A DNA stretch of 32,000 nucleotides from Deinococcus radiodurans R1 = ATCC 13939 = DSM 20539 (GCF_000008565.1 NC_001264.1:157418-189417), one strand, 5' to 3'; positions 10,401-17,893 are shown, numbered from the stretch's first letter. Notes: generated by a model from the letters alone, not told the origin. Numbers and translations are program-made.

Positions 10401-12347
10401 TACAGCGGCCACAGTCTGGGCAAGGACGCGACCTTCAGTCACCTGCTGCGGGTGTCGTTTCCTGACCCCGGCGACACCGCCCAGACTGTGCGCGAGCAGG
10501 CGAAAACCCTGGGGCTGAGCGACCCCCGGCTGCTTGACCTCGCCATGTTCGCGCCGCAGTGGGCCGAGCTCGTCAGCGGCGCGGTGGGCTGGAAGGGGCT
10601 GGCGGACGGCGTGTACTGGCTGCACGCCCACACCCGCGACTCTCAGTGGAGCGTGCCGACGGACATCCGCGAGGCCTGGGAAGCCGAAATCAGCGAGCGC
10701 ACGCCGCTGCGCCCCACCGACCTCACCGAGGGTGCCGTGGACGTGGCGTGGTTCCGGCGGATGCACCGCGCCCTGGGCCGCGCGCACTTTCAGACCTTGC
10801 TCGGCGCGGCCAAATATGCGTCGTCCAGTGGCGGGCACAAACGCGCCGAACTGTTCGCCGCGGCCATTCTGGGCGAGGTGCCGGAAGACACCCTGCTCGC
10901 CCGCATCCGCGAAAAACGCAACCAGGACGCGGTGCGGGCGCTGGGGCTGCTGCCGCTGCCGAAGGGCAAAAAGGCCGCGCAGGTGCTGGAGGCGCGTTAC
11001 CTCACCCTCGTCACCTTTCGCCGCGAGACCCGGCAGTTCGGCGCGCAGCGGCAGGCCAGCGAGCGCCTCGCCGCCGACATCGGCCTACAAAACCTCGCCC
11101 GCAGCGCCGGATACGCCGACCCCCAGCGCCTGATGTGGGCAATGGAAGCGCGCATGGCCCCCGACTGGCAGCAGGTGGTGACCGCCGATGGGGTGACCGT
11201 GAGCGCCGAACTCGATGGGGCGGGCGCAGCGACCCTGCTCGTCCGGCGCGGCGAGAAGCCCCTCAAGACCCTGCCGCCCGCACTCAGAAAAAACCCCGAG
11301 GTGCTCGCGCTGCGTGAGGCCGTCAAAGACCTCGCCGCCACCCGCACCCGCATGCGCGCGGCCCTCGAAGAAGCGATGGTGCGCGGCGACCACTTCACCC
11401 CCCAGGAACTCCGCGACCTCGCGCGGCACCCGATCATCGCCCCGATGCTCGGGAGTCTGGTGTGGGTGCTCGGCGAAGGGCCGCTGGGCTTCTGGGAAGA
11501 CGAAAGCCTGCGGACGCTGACCGGAGAACTCCCGCTGGGCGACCAGGCCCTACGCCTCGCACACCCGCACGACCTTTTTACTGGCGGGCAGTGGCGCGAG
11601 TATCAGGCGGCAGTGCTTAAGCGCCAGCTCACCCAGCCCTTCAAGCAGGTCTTCCGCGAGTATTACCCGCTCACCGCCGCCGAAAAAACCGCCCAGCGCA
11701 GCGTCCGCTACGAGGGCCACCACGTTCAGCCTGTCAAGGCCGCCGCACTCCTCAAGGCGCGGGGCTGGGTCAGCATTTACGACGAAGGCACCCGCAAGAC
11801 CTTCCACGACGAGGGCCTCAGTGTCTGGATTGACGATGCGCTTAGCGCCGGCACCCCGAACGAGGTGGAAGGCCTGCCGCTGCACGCCGCCTATTTCATG
11901 CGGGTGGGCGAGGCGCAGCCCCTGCCACTGGCCGCCGTTCCGCCCCGGCTGTTCAGCCAGGTCTTGCGCGACCTCGACCTCGTGGTGAGTGTGGCCCACG
12001 TGGGCGGCGTGGACCCCGAAGCCTCGCAGAGCACGGTGGAAATGCGCGAAAGCCTGCTGCGCGAGACTCTGCGCCTGCTGAAGCTGAAAAACGTGCGCCT
12101 CGAACACGGACACGCCCTGATCGACGGTCACCACAGCCGCTACAGCGTGCACCTCGGCAGCGGCACCGTTCACCGCCAGCCGGGGGGCTTCCTGTGCATC
12201 GTGCCGGTTCACAACCAGGCGCAGGGCCGCCTCTTTCTTCCCTTCGCCGACCCCGACCCGCGTACGGCGGAGGTGGTAAGCAAGGTGCTGCTGCTCGCCG
12301 AAGACCGCAAGATTCAGGACCCGACGATTCTGGAACAGTTGCGCTGA
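7467..12347 (+). CDS. Giant (1626 aa) alpha-helical repeat protein. The C-terminal ~600 aa resemble the DUF4132 / MolR-YehI family. Function unknown.
   Basis: Uninterrupted 4.9-kb ORF with strong G/C third-position bias. HEAT-like repeats occur (e.g. LLTDPDPARRMAAAQFL). The C-terminal motifs APQWAELV, TPLRPTDLTEGAVDVAWF, GGHKRAEL, NQDAVRALGLLPL, RQFGAQRQASE, QPFKQVFREYY, LRDLDLVVSVAH and YSVHLGSG match my memory of DUF4132-family proteins. No search was possible. Confidence 0.85.
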   Translation: MAGGLDLTEYFRQYEQPWQPDFAARLAAAPESVQGWVQARLTEGKTWPAMQEQARVWSEALLSASPEELRALTGVLFPQFPELAARAYRTVLETRPYTRGLLRRAFRAGAQGNDAERGGAAAGWLWSLWTLLRAYPEGVLWVAEAAGLFEAYESRLLGPLLAQAVSEGDAGVLQLLKDTASTQHPVARMGRHVPQALLGSDDPQAWEYARQLLLAAQRQEGLRQVILETVDEAHPGAFPLFLNTVLDEDLLRFAAVLRAACVWYGLGYDVTDMKKVRQLLTLARGYLEDAAQVTQAVSSGSGEEVYMALYTLGMRDADEAAALARPLLTDPDPARRMAAAQFLSAAHLLQSADLARLLADEDLRLGAVALAPGSYPSGWVTPENTNPLTFDALRAYAERLSRAPRHDPLLFPWLGDVPDRASVTDGLVAVLPPDELGRIVPHLGELSPGGKSFLLARLRALAERRDRGETVRLPDDTRFILLTLLQDRSSATSQEAVTTLTALRLELSGEERTLAHDLLRRKSADLRRGLIRLLAADPAQGAASAAALLALKSTEQRQAGLQLLEEVGGLPPADFQPKNVSEATLLAKLAAPESQLTLNNGLGLFDPQDLSQPQPLRPSDNDFVADVERGAELLRSLDDFLAEHAETPVSGTGWDGETTELLTNLSPYWLSARVGRDMPLAGLWNGWWAARAGAQEGDLTRMAWALGHRVDRTETTETELLQELSEGGDTSPEQEHARLLRQRLIQQTLHAVLGPPVPLKLDRAPLIEPVLDYLSTQELTEVDTGMQLDAWESALSRLPSDTPLLKLGEERWQVEDPRSLLGPLVLQGIELAALPAEQFQQLWRVQLHHHAAFPNLPRLRMSAEMLILAERAGLANRADLLDLLIGERNAGMGDVYYGNSFDDLRSYTRRKLSDLLPTSPAWMQAVNDARDRVLAVELERGDLETPATLPALALQSVSGAARTLRLLAGLGKQPLRRGYSGHSLGKDATFSHLLRVSFPDPGDTAQTVREQAKTLGLSDPRLLDLAMFAPQWAELVSGAVGWKGLADGVYWLHAHTRDSQWSVPTDIREAWEAEISERTPLRPTDLTEGAVDVAWFRRMHRALGRAHFQTLLGAAKYASSSGGHKRAELFAAAILGEVPEDTLLARIREKRNQDAVRALGLLPLPKGKKAAQVLEARYLTLVTFRRETRQFGAQRQASERLAADIGLQNLARSAGYADPQRLMWAMEARMAPDWQQVVTADGVTVSAELDGAGAATLLVRRGEKPLKTLPPALRKNPEVLALREAVKDLAATRTRMRAALEEAMVRGDHFTPQELRDLARHPIIAPMLGSLVWVLGEGPLGFWEDESLRTLTGELPLGDQALRLAHPHDLFTGGQWREYQAAVLKRQLTQPFKQVFREYYPLTAAEKTAQRSVRYEGHHVQPVKAAALLKARGWVSIYDEGTRKTFHDEGLSVWIDDALSAGTPNEVEGLPLHAAYFMRVGEAQPLPLAAVPPRLFSQVLRDLDLVVSVAHVGGVDPEASQSTVEMRESLLRETLRLLKLKNVRLEHGHALIDGHHSRYSVHLGSGTVHRQPGGFLCIVPVHNQAQGRLFLPFADPDPRTAEVVSKVLLLAEDRKIQDPTILEQLR

Positions 12348-12409
12348 GTGGGGGCGTCCGGGGCCTGCGCCATCTCTTTGCCGCCCCAGACGCTAACGTT
12401 GTGCCCCAG

Positions 12410-12994
12410 ATGCCTGTTCCTGTCCCTCGCGCTTACCCCCGCTTGAGCCATGCCATCGGCTTCGACGACGCGCCGTTTGCCCGCGAGTGGCGCGGCGACG
12501 TGCGGATTTTTGGGGCCGTCTACGCCGGGCCGACCCTGCACGCCGTGGTCAGCGGGCGGGTCCGCCGCGACGGGCGCAACGCCACCGACGAACTCAGCCG
12601 GCTGGTCACGGCGCAGGCCGAGCACTTGCAACTGGTGTTCTTGCAGGGTATCGCGCTCGCGGGCTTCAATGTGGTGGACCTCGGCGCCCTGCACGCCCGC
12701 ACGGGCCTGCCGGTGCTGGTGGTGGCCCGCAGGAAACCCCGGCTCGACCGCATTCGCCGCGCCCTGCTCGAAGAAGTACCGGGCGGCGCGCGCAAGTGGC
12801 GCCTCATCGAGCAGGCAGGGGAGATGGAGCCCTGCGCTGGCCTCTACGTCCAGCGGGCGGGCCTGTTGCTGGCAGAGGCGGAAGCCGCGCTCGGCACCTT
12901 TTGCCTTACCGGGCGCATTCCTGAACCTCTACGCACGGCCCACCTGATTGCCGGAGGCGTGACGCGCGGCAGCAGCGCGGGCCAGCGCGTTTAA
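12410..12994 (+). CDS. DUF99/UPF0215-family protein (endonuclease V-like fold; Endo_dU family)
   Basis: ATG at 12410 (MPVPVPRAYPRLSHAIGFDDAPF...). The family-typical motifs GFDD near the N-terminus, DG.NATDEL, GIALAGFNVVD and GLPVLVVARRKP are present. The 12194-12409 extension overlaps the giant gene and is rejected. Confidence 0.8.
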   Translation: MPVPVPRAYPRLSHAIGFDDAPFAREWRGDVRIFGAVYAGPTLHAVVSGRVRRDGRNATDELSRLVTAQAEHLQLVFLQGIALAGFNVVDLGALHARTGLPVLVVARRKPRLDRIRRALLEEVPGGARKWRLIEQAGEMEPCAGLYVQRAGLLLAEAEAALGTFCLTGRIPEPLRTAHLIAGGVTRGSSAGQRV

Positions 12995-13010
12995 CAAGGC
13001 CTCCGATTGA

Positions 13011-13205
13011 GTCCAGCAATAGTCCGTGCAGTTTTGGAATTCAGCTAACCAAGCTGCGATAAACACGGCGTTTTTTGTCCCTCCCTCCTTGCGGGGGAGG
13101 TTGGGATGGGGGAGCGCAAATGGCGTCCTAGACAGCAAGATCTTGATCGCCCTCTGTAACGACCACAAAACTGCACGAACCATTGGTCCAGTTGTTTTGG
13201 ATTCA
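13011..13205. repeat. Small non-coding repeat / MITE-like element (Deinococcus SNR-type)
   Basis: Inverted repeats are gtccgtgcagttttgg (13022-13037) and ccacaaaactgcacgaac (13163-13180). Flanking direct repeats are cagttttggaattca and cagttgttttggattca. The central core tgtccctccctccttgcgggggagg...gggggagcgc is shared with the element at 18720-18765. It fills the convergent gap between DUF99 and modB. Confidence 0.5.
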
Positions 13206-13237
13206 ATACGGCTGTGCTGGAATGGAGCGGAACCCGT

Positions 13238-14038
13238 CTAACCGGCGGCCCGTTCCCGCCGTCCGGCAACACTGCGGACCAGCAGCAGCAATCCGAACGC
13301 GACGAGCACCATCACCGCGCTCAAGACCAGTGCGGGCGCGAGGTCGGATTCCAGCGCGGCGTAGATGGCCAGCGTGACCGTGCGGGTTTGGCCTTGCAGC
13401 GACCCGGCAAACAGGATGGTGGCGCCGAATTCGCCCAGCGCCCGCGCCCAGGCAAGGACCAGCCCCTCCAGCAAAAAGGGAAACGCCAGTGGCCAGGTGA
13501 TCAGCCGGAAGACCTGCCCGTCACTCGCGCCATCGGTGCGGGCAGCGTCCTCGGCGTCGCGGTTCACCGCCTGAAACCCGGCGCGGGCGGTCCGCAGGTA
13601 AAAAGGCGCCGACACGAACAGTTGCGCGAGCACCACCGCCGCCGTGGAAAAGGCAAGCTGAATCCCCGCGAGTTCGAGCGCCGGCCCCAGCAGCCCGCCG
13701 CGCCCGAAGGTAAGCAGCAGTCCAACCCCCGCCACCACCGGCGGCAACACGATGGGGAGGTCAAGGAGCGTTTCGAGGACGGGCTTGCCCGGAAAATCGA
13801 AGCGCGCCAGCAGCCACGCAACCGGCGTGACCAACGTGACGGTGAGCAGCAGCGTGATTCCGGTGGTCAGCAGACTGACGCGCAGGGCGTCCCCCACCGC
13901 CCGGCTCGCCAGCGCCGGCCAGAACGACGCCGTCAGCCCCCGCGTGAGCAGCACCAGCACCGGCACGACCAGAAACAGCGTCAGCGCCCCCCCCAGCAGC
14001 AGGGCCAGCGGAGGCGCGGAGCGGGGCGGGCGACTCAT
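13238..14038 (-). CDS. modB: Molybdate ABC transporter permease ModB
   Basis: 266-aa multi-TM protein with the ABC permease loop (ARTDGASDGQVFRLITWPLA) and ModB-like sequence. It lies immediately downstream of modA. Confidence 0.9.
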   Translation of the reverse strand: MSRPPRSAPPLALLLGGALTLFLVVPVLVLLTRGLTASFWPALASRAVGDALRVSLLTTGITLLLTVTLVTPVAWLLARFDFPGKPVLETLLDLPIVLPPVVAGVGLLLTFGRGGLLGPALELAGIQLAFSTAAVVLAQLFVSAPFYLRTARAGFQAVNRDAEDAARTDGASDGQVFRLITWPLAFPFLLEGLVLAWARALGEFGATILFAGSLQGQTRTVTLAIYAALESDLAPALVLSAVMVLVAFGLLLLVRSVAGRRERAAG

Positions 14039-14099
14039 ACGGTTCTGGACTTTAATTCACCTCGGCCAGAAAAGCATCAGCCGAAGCTTCTGACCTGCC

Positions 14100-14855
14100 T
14101 CAGCGCGGGCTCTGGAAGCCCCATTTACGCAGAATCTTCTGGCCTTCGATCGAACGGACGTACGCGATGAAGGCTTGCGCGGCGGCAGCGTTGCGCGACG
14201 CCTTGAGCGTGCCGATAGGGTACCTCGCGGTCTGGTTGAAGCGCGTCGGCAGCGCGACCACTCGCACGTCGTTTTTCAGGGCGGGCGTCACGTCGCTGCG
14301 GTAGACCACGGCGGCGTCGGCCTCGCCCAGCCCCACCTTCAGTGCCACCTGCCGCACGTTGGGCTCCTCGCTCACCACGTTTTTCATAAACCGCGCCGAA
14401 AAGTCCTTGCCGTAGGTGCCCGCCTGATCAATGGCCCCCAGCATCCGCCGGGTGTAGTCCCCGACCGGCACGGCCTTGTCGGCAATCACGATTCGGACCC
14501 CCGGCGCCGTCAGGTCACGCAGGGTGCTGACTTTGCGGCTATTGCTCGGCACGATGACGGCGAGTTTGTTGCTGACGAACGGCTGCCCGGCCACGACCAA
14601 TCCGGCCTTGACCAGCGGGTCGAACTGGGCATTGTTCGCGCTGGCGTACACGTCGGCCCGCGCCCCATTTTCGAGTTGGGTACGCAGCGCCTGCGACCCG
14701 GCGAACTGAAAAACGGTCTTGTTGCCGGTGCGGGCGTCGAACTGCTGGCCGAGTTCGGTAAAGGCGTCAGTCAGCGAGGCGGCGGCAAACACGGTGAGCT
14801 GAGCGGCGGAGGCGGTGCTGCCCAGCAGCAGGGTGGTCAGGACAATCAAGCGCAT
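14100..14855 (-). CDS. modA: Molybdate ABC transporter substrate-binding protein ModA
   Basis: Signal peptide MRLIVLTTLLLGSTASAAQ followed by LTVFAAASLTDAF, YASAN and ADAAVVY, which are typical ModA motifs. GAGGAGG Shine-Dalgarno is present. Confidence 0.9.
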   Translation of the reverse strand: MRLIVLTTLLLGSTASAAQLTVFAAASLTDAFTELGQQFDARTGNKTVFQFAGSQALRTQLENGARADVYASANNAQFDPLVKAGLVVAGQPFVSNKLAVIVPSNSRKVSTLRDLTAPGVRIVIADKAVPVGDYTRRMLGAIDQAGTYGKDFSARFMKNVVSEEPNVRQVALKVGLGEADAAVVYRSDVTPALKNDVRVVALPTRFNQTARYPIGTLKASRNAAAAQAFIAYVRSIEGQKILRKWGFQSPR

Positions 14856-15053
14856 GGGTGGCCTCCTCGGAACTTCTTTTGAATTCGCTGTTTGGGGCCT
14901 AGGGCGGCAAAACGGTGGTCAGGATACCCCCCGGCGCCTGGGCTGCCGCCTTTAACCGTCTATTGCTGCGCCGCCCGTACCTTCTGTGCACTGACCGCAG
15001 CGCGGCAGTTCGGCTTTTCTCCACGCTTCCCGCCCCTCAAAAGGAGTGTTCCC

Positions 15054-16031
15054 ATGACCGACCCCCAAGACCCTCGCCTGATCCTCACACCCGGCGCAGA
15101 CCACGACCATGACCACGCCGACGACGACTTCACCCACCTCGGCCTGGCTGCCGACACGCAGATGCTGGGCCGCTCGGTGCTCGACCGCCGCCGGCTGCTG
15201 GGGCTGGGCGCCCTGGGCGTCGGCACGCTGCTGGGCGCGGTGGCTCTCGGCACCCCTGCGTCGGCGCTGCTGGCGGGCCGACCCCCGCTGCCTCCTGGGG
15301 GTCCGGGCGGCCCTGGTGGACCCGGCGCAGGTGGACCGGCGGGGCAGGGCGACGCCGATACCGTCAGCAGCGCCAACGGCCAGTGCCGCACCCTGCCGAG
15401 CGAAACCCAGGGGCCGTACCCCGCCGACGGCAGCAGCGCGTCGGGGCAGACCCTCAACCTGCTCGAGCAGTCGGGCATCGTGCGGCGCGACCTGACCCGC
15501 AGCCTCAAGACGGGCCACACCGTGTCGGGCGTGCCGCTCACGCTGACGCTGCAACTGGTGAACGTCAAGAGCAACTGCGCGCCGCTCGCCGGGCATGTCT
15601 TCTACCTCTGGAGCTGCACGCCCGCCGGGGAATACTCGCTCTACAGCCGCAGCATCGTCGGGGAAGACTACCTGCGCGGCGCCCAGGTCACCGACGCGCA
15701 GGGCCGGGTCACTTTTCAGACCGTCTTTCCCGGCTGCTACGCGGGGCGCTGGCCGCACCTGCACTTCGAGGTTTATCCGAGCCTGGCGGCGGCAGTGAAA
15801 GGCAACGTGGACCACAACGCCGCGCTGGTGTCGCAAATCGCCCTGCCCGAGACCGTCTGCCGCGCCGTCTACGCTGACCCGCGCTACAGCGGCAGCCTGC
15901 GTAACTTCGGCGCCATTACCCTGGCCACCGACAACGTGTTCCGCGACGGGGTGGCCGCCCAGACCCCGCGCATCACGGGGAGCGCTGCGACGGGCTATAC
16001 GGCGAACCTCACGGTGGGCTTGCAAGTCTGA
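15054..16031 (+). CDS. Tat-exported intradiol ring-cleavage dioxygenase-like protein
   Basis: ATG at 15054 follows AAGGAG. A twin-arginine signal (DRRRLLGLGALGVGTLLGA) and a Pro/Gly-rich linker precede the core. The core ...GVPLTLTLQLVN...YLWSCTPAGEYS...LRGAQVTDAQGRVTFQTVFPGCYAGRWPHLHFEV fits the dioxygenase C-terminal domain pattern. Confidence 0.75.
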   Translation: MTDPQDPRLILTPGADHDHDHADDDFTHLGLAADTQMLGRSVLDRRRLLGLGALGVGTLLGAVALGTPASALLAGRPPLPPGGPGGPGGPGAGGPAGQGDADTVSSANGQCRTLPSETQGPYPADGSSASGQTLNLLEQSGIVRRDLTRSLKTGHTVSGVPLTLTLQLVNVKSNCAPLAGHVFYLWSCTPAGEYSLYSRSIVGEDYLRGAQVTDAQGRVTFQTVFPGCYAGRWPHLHFEVYPSLAAAVKGNVDHNAALVSQIALPETVCRAVYADPRYSGSLRNFGAITLATDNVFRDGVAAQTPRITGSAATGYTANLTVGLQV

Positions 16032-16039
16032 CGTGATTG

Positions 16040-16795
16040 TCAGTGGGGGTCGGGCCGGAACCCCAGCGGCCCGTGCCCCGCGCCCAGCCCCGGCGCCCGC
16101 CGCAGCGCGCCTTGCAGGTAGGCGTGCGCCTGCATGACCGCGCCCGGCAGGTCCAGTCCCCGCGCCAGATTCGCCGTGATGGCCGCCGAGAGCGTGCAGC
16201 CGGTGCCGTGCGTGTGCCGGGTCCGCAGCCGGGGCGCGGTCAGCGTGAGCGAGTGCGCGGGCGTGCGGAGTTCGTCGGTGACGCTGTCGCTGCCCTCCTC
16301 CGCATGGCCGCCCTTGAGCAGCAGCGGCAGCGTGTCGGGCGCTCCAGCCTGGCATAGCACGTTCCATTCTGGCGTGTTGGGCGTCACCAGCGTGGCAAGG
16401 GGCAACAACTCGCCCAGCACCGTGCTGATGGCTTCAGCGTCCAGCAGGGCGTCCCCACTTTTCGCCAGCATCACCGGGTCCACCACCAGCGGCAGCCCGC
16501 GCCCGCGCAGTTCCTCCGCCACCACCCGCACGATTTCGGGCCGGCCCAGGGCGCCCGTTTTGACCGCACCCACTGGAAAGTCGTCCAGCACGGCGCGCAG
16601 TTGAGCGCGCACCATGTACGGCGAAACATAGTCCACGCCCTGCACGCCCAAAGTATTCTGCGCCGTGACCAGGGTGATGACCGAGGTGCCGTACACGCCG
16701 CGCGCCTCAAAGGTCTTGAGGTCGGCCTGAATGCCCGCGCCGCCGCCGGAGTCGCTGCCGGCGATGGTGAGGGCGACGGGGACGGTCACGCTCAC
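16040..16795 (-). CDS. thiD: Hydroxymethylpyrimidine/phosphomethylpyrimidine kinase ThiD
   Basis: [27 protein letters not shown] and [13 protein letters not shown] are ThiD hallmarks. The GTG start at 16795 overlaps the thiG stop (GTGA). Confidence 0.92.
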
Positions 16796-17595
16796 GCGGG
16801 GACTTCAGGGTCGGGCAGCCGCACCACGCCCGCTGCCGGGCTGCTCGGACTCGCGCTGTCGCGCTGCTGCATCCGTCCGGCGAGGTAACCCAGGCGCCCG
16901 GCCTCCACCCCCAACGCAAAGGCGCGGGCCATCGCCACCGGGTCGCGCGCCTCGGCAATGGCGGTGTTGACGAGCACGGCGTCGGCGCCCAGTTCCAGCG
17001 CCTGCGCCGCGTCGCTCGGCACGCCCAGCCCGGCGTCCACCACGATGGGCACGCCCGCGCCGTCAATCACGGTGCGAATGAGTTCCGGCGTCCGCAGGCC
17101 CTTGCCGGTGCCGATTGGACTCGCCAGCGGCATCACTGTGGCGCAGCCTACCGCTTCGAGCGCGCGGGCAAGCACGCCGTCGGGCTGCACGTAAGGCAGC
17201 ACCGTGAAGCCCTCGCCCACCAGAATCTCGGCAGCCCTGAGCGTGCCGATGGGGTCAGGCAGCAGGTACTTGGGGTCGGGAATCACCTCAAGTTTCAGCC
17301 AGCTCACGCCCGTCGCGGCGCGCGCCAGTTTCGCCACCCGCACGGCTTCCTCGGCGGTGCGGCACCCGGCGGTGTTGGGCAAAAGCTGAAACCTGTCGAG
17401 GTCGAGCGCGTCGAGCAGGCCGTCGTGCCCCGGTGCTTTCAGTTCCACGCGGCGAATGGCGACGGTCACAATCTGGGTGCCGCTGGCGCCCAGCGCGTCT
17501 TGCATCACCGCAAAGTCGCGGTACTTGCCGGTGCCGAGCAGCAGGCGCGAGGAAAAGGACTGGCCGCCGATGGTCAAGAGGTCGTTCGTATTCAT
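16792..17595 (-). CDS. thiG: Thiazole synthase ThiG
   Basis: Start at the ATG at 17595 ([25 protein letters not shown]...) with GGGGAG Shine-Dalgarno. [18 protein letters not shown] and VVDAGLG motifs are present. Confidence 0.93.
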
Positions 17596-17648
17596 GTATT
17601 TACTCCCCTGGAAGGTTGCTAGGTGTTGGAAACAGTCATGCTGGACGG

Positions 17649-17681
17649 CTTCTATCAACCGTCACCCATTCACCATCAACG
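17649..17681. repeat. Copy 1 of a ~31-bp CTATCAACC-rich repeat (thiG-thiS spacer)
   Basis: cttctatcaaccgtcacccattcaccatcaacg is nearly identical to 17941-17974 (ctctctatcaaccatcaaccattcaccatcaacg). Confidence 0.7.
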
Positions 17682-17682
17682 T

Positions 17683-17877
17683 TTACCCTCCGCCGATGAC
17701 CCGCACGATTTCCACCACGTCCGCCTCCTCCAGCTCGCGGTCGGGGGCCTGACCGCCGGGGTAAAAGTCGTCGTTCACAGCGATGGCGACGCGCTCAGGC
17801 CGGATGTCCAGTTCGCGCAGCAGGCCGTGCAGGGTGAGGCCGGGTACGCAGGGGCGGGGTTCTCCGTTGACTTGCAT
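17683..17877 (-). CDS. thiS: Sulfur carrier protein ThiS
   Basis: 64 aa, [10 protein letters not shown]...[10 protein letters not shown]-stop. It has the ThiS length, the C-terminal GG and the position between thiE and thiG. The longer ORF 17683..18303 is rejected. Confidence 0.85.
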   Translation of the reverse strand: MQVNGEPRPCVPGLTLHGLLRELDIRPERVAIAVNDDFYPGGQAPDRELEEADVVEIVRVIGGG

Positions 17878-17893
17878 AAAGCTCCTTGGGGCT

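Noticed and set aside
7647-10838. 1063-aa ORF on the minus strand opposite the giant gene
   Set aside because: This is a typical high-GC shadow ORF. Its translation is dominated by Arg/Gly/Pro/Ala/Gln runs with no recognisable motifs. The + strand frame has the G/C third-position bias, a coupled start and recognisable family motifs.
13026-13241. 71-aa + strand ORF inside the DUF99-modB intergenic repeat
   Set aside because: It lies entirely within a repeat element, has no Shine-Dalgarno sequence and has atypical codon usage. It is most likely non-coding.
15270-15350. Pro/Gly-rich stretch (PPLPPGGPGGPGGPGAGGPAGQG) in the dioxygenase-like protein, considered as a collagen-like or repeat domain
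   Set aside because: It is short and low-complexity, and sits between the Tat signal and the catalytic domain. This is consistent with a flexible linker rather than a separate functional repeat.
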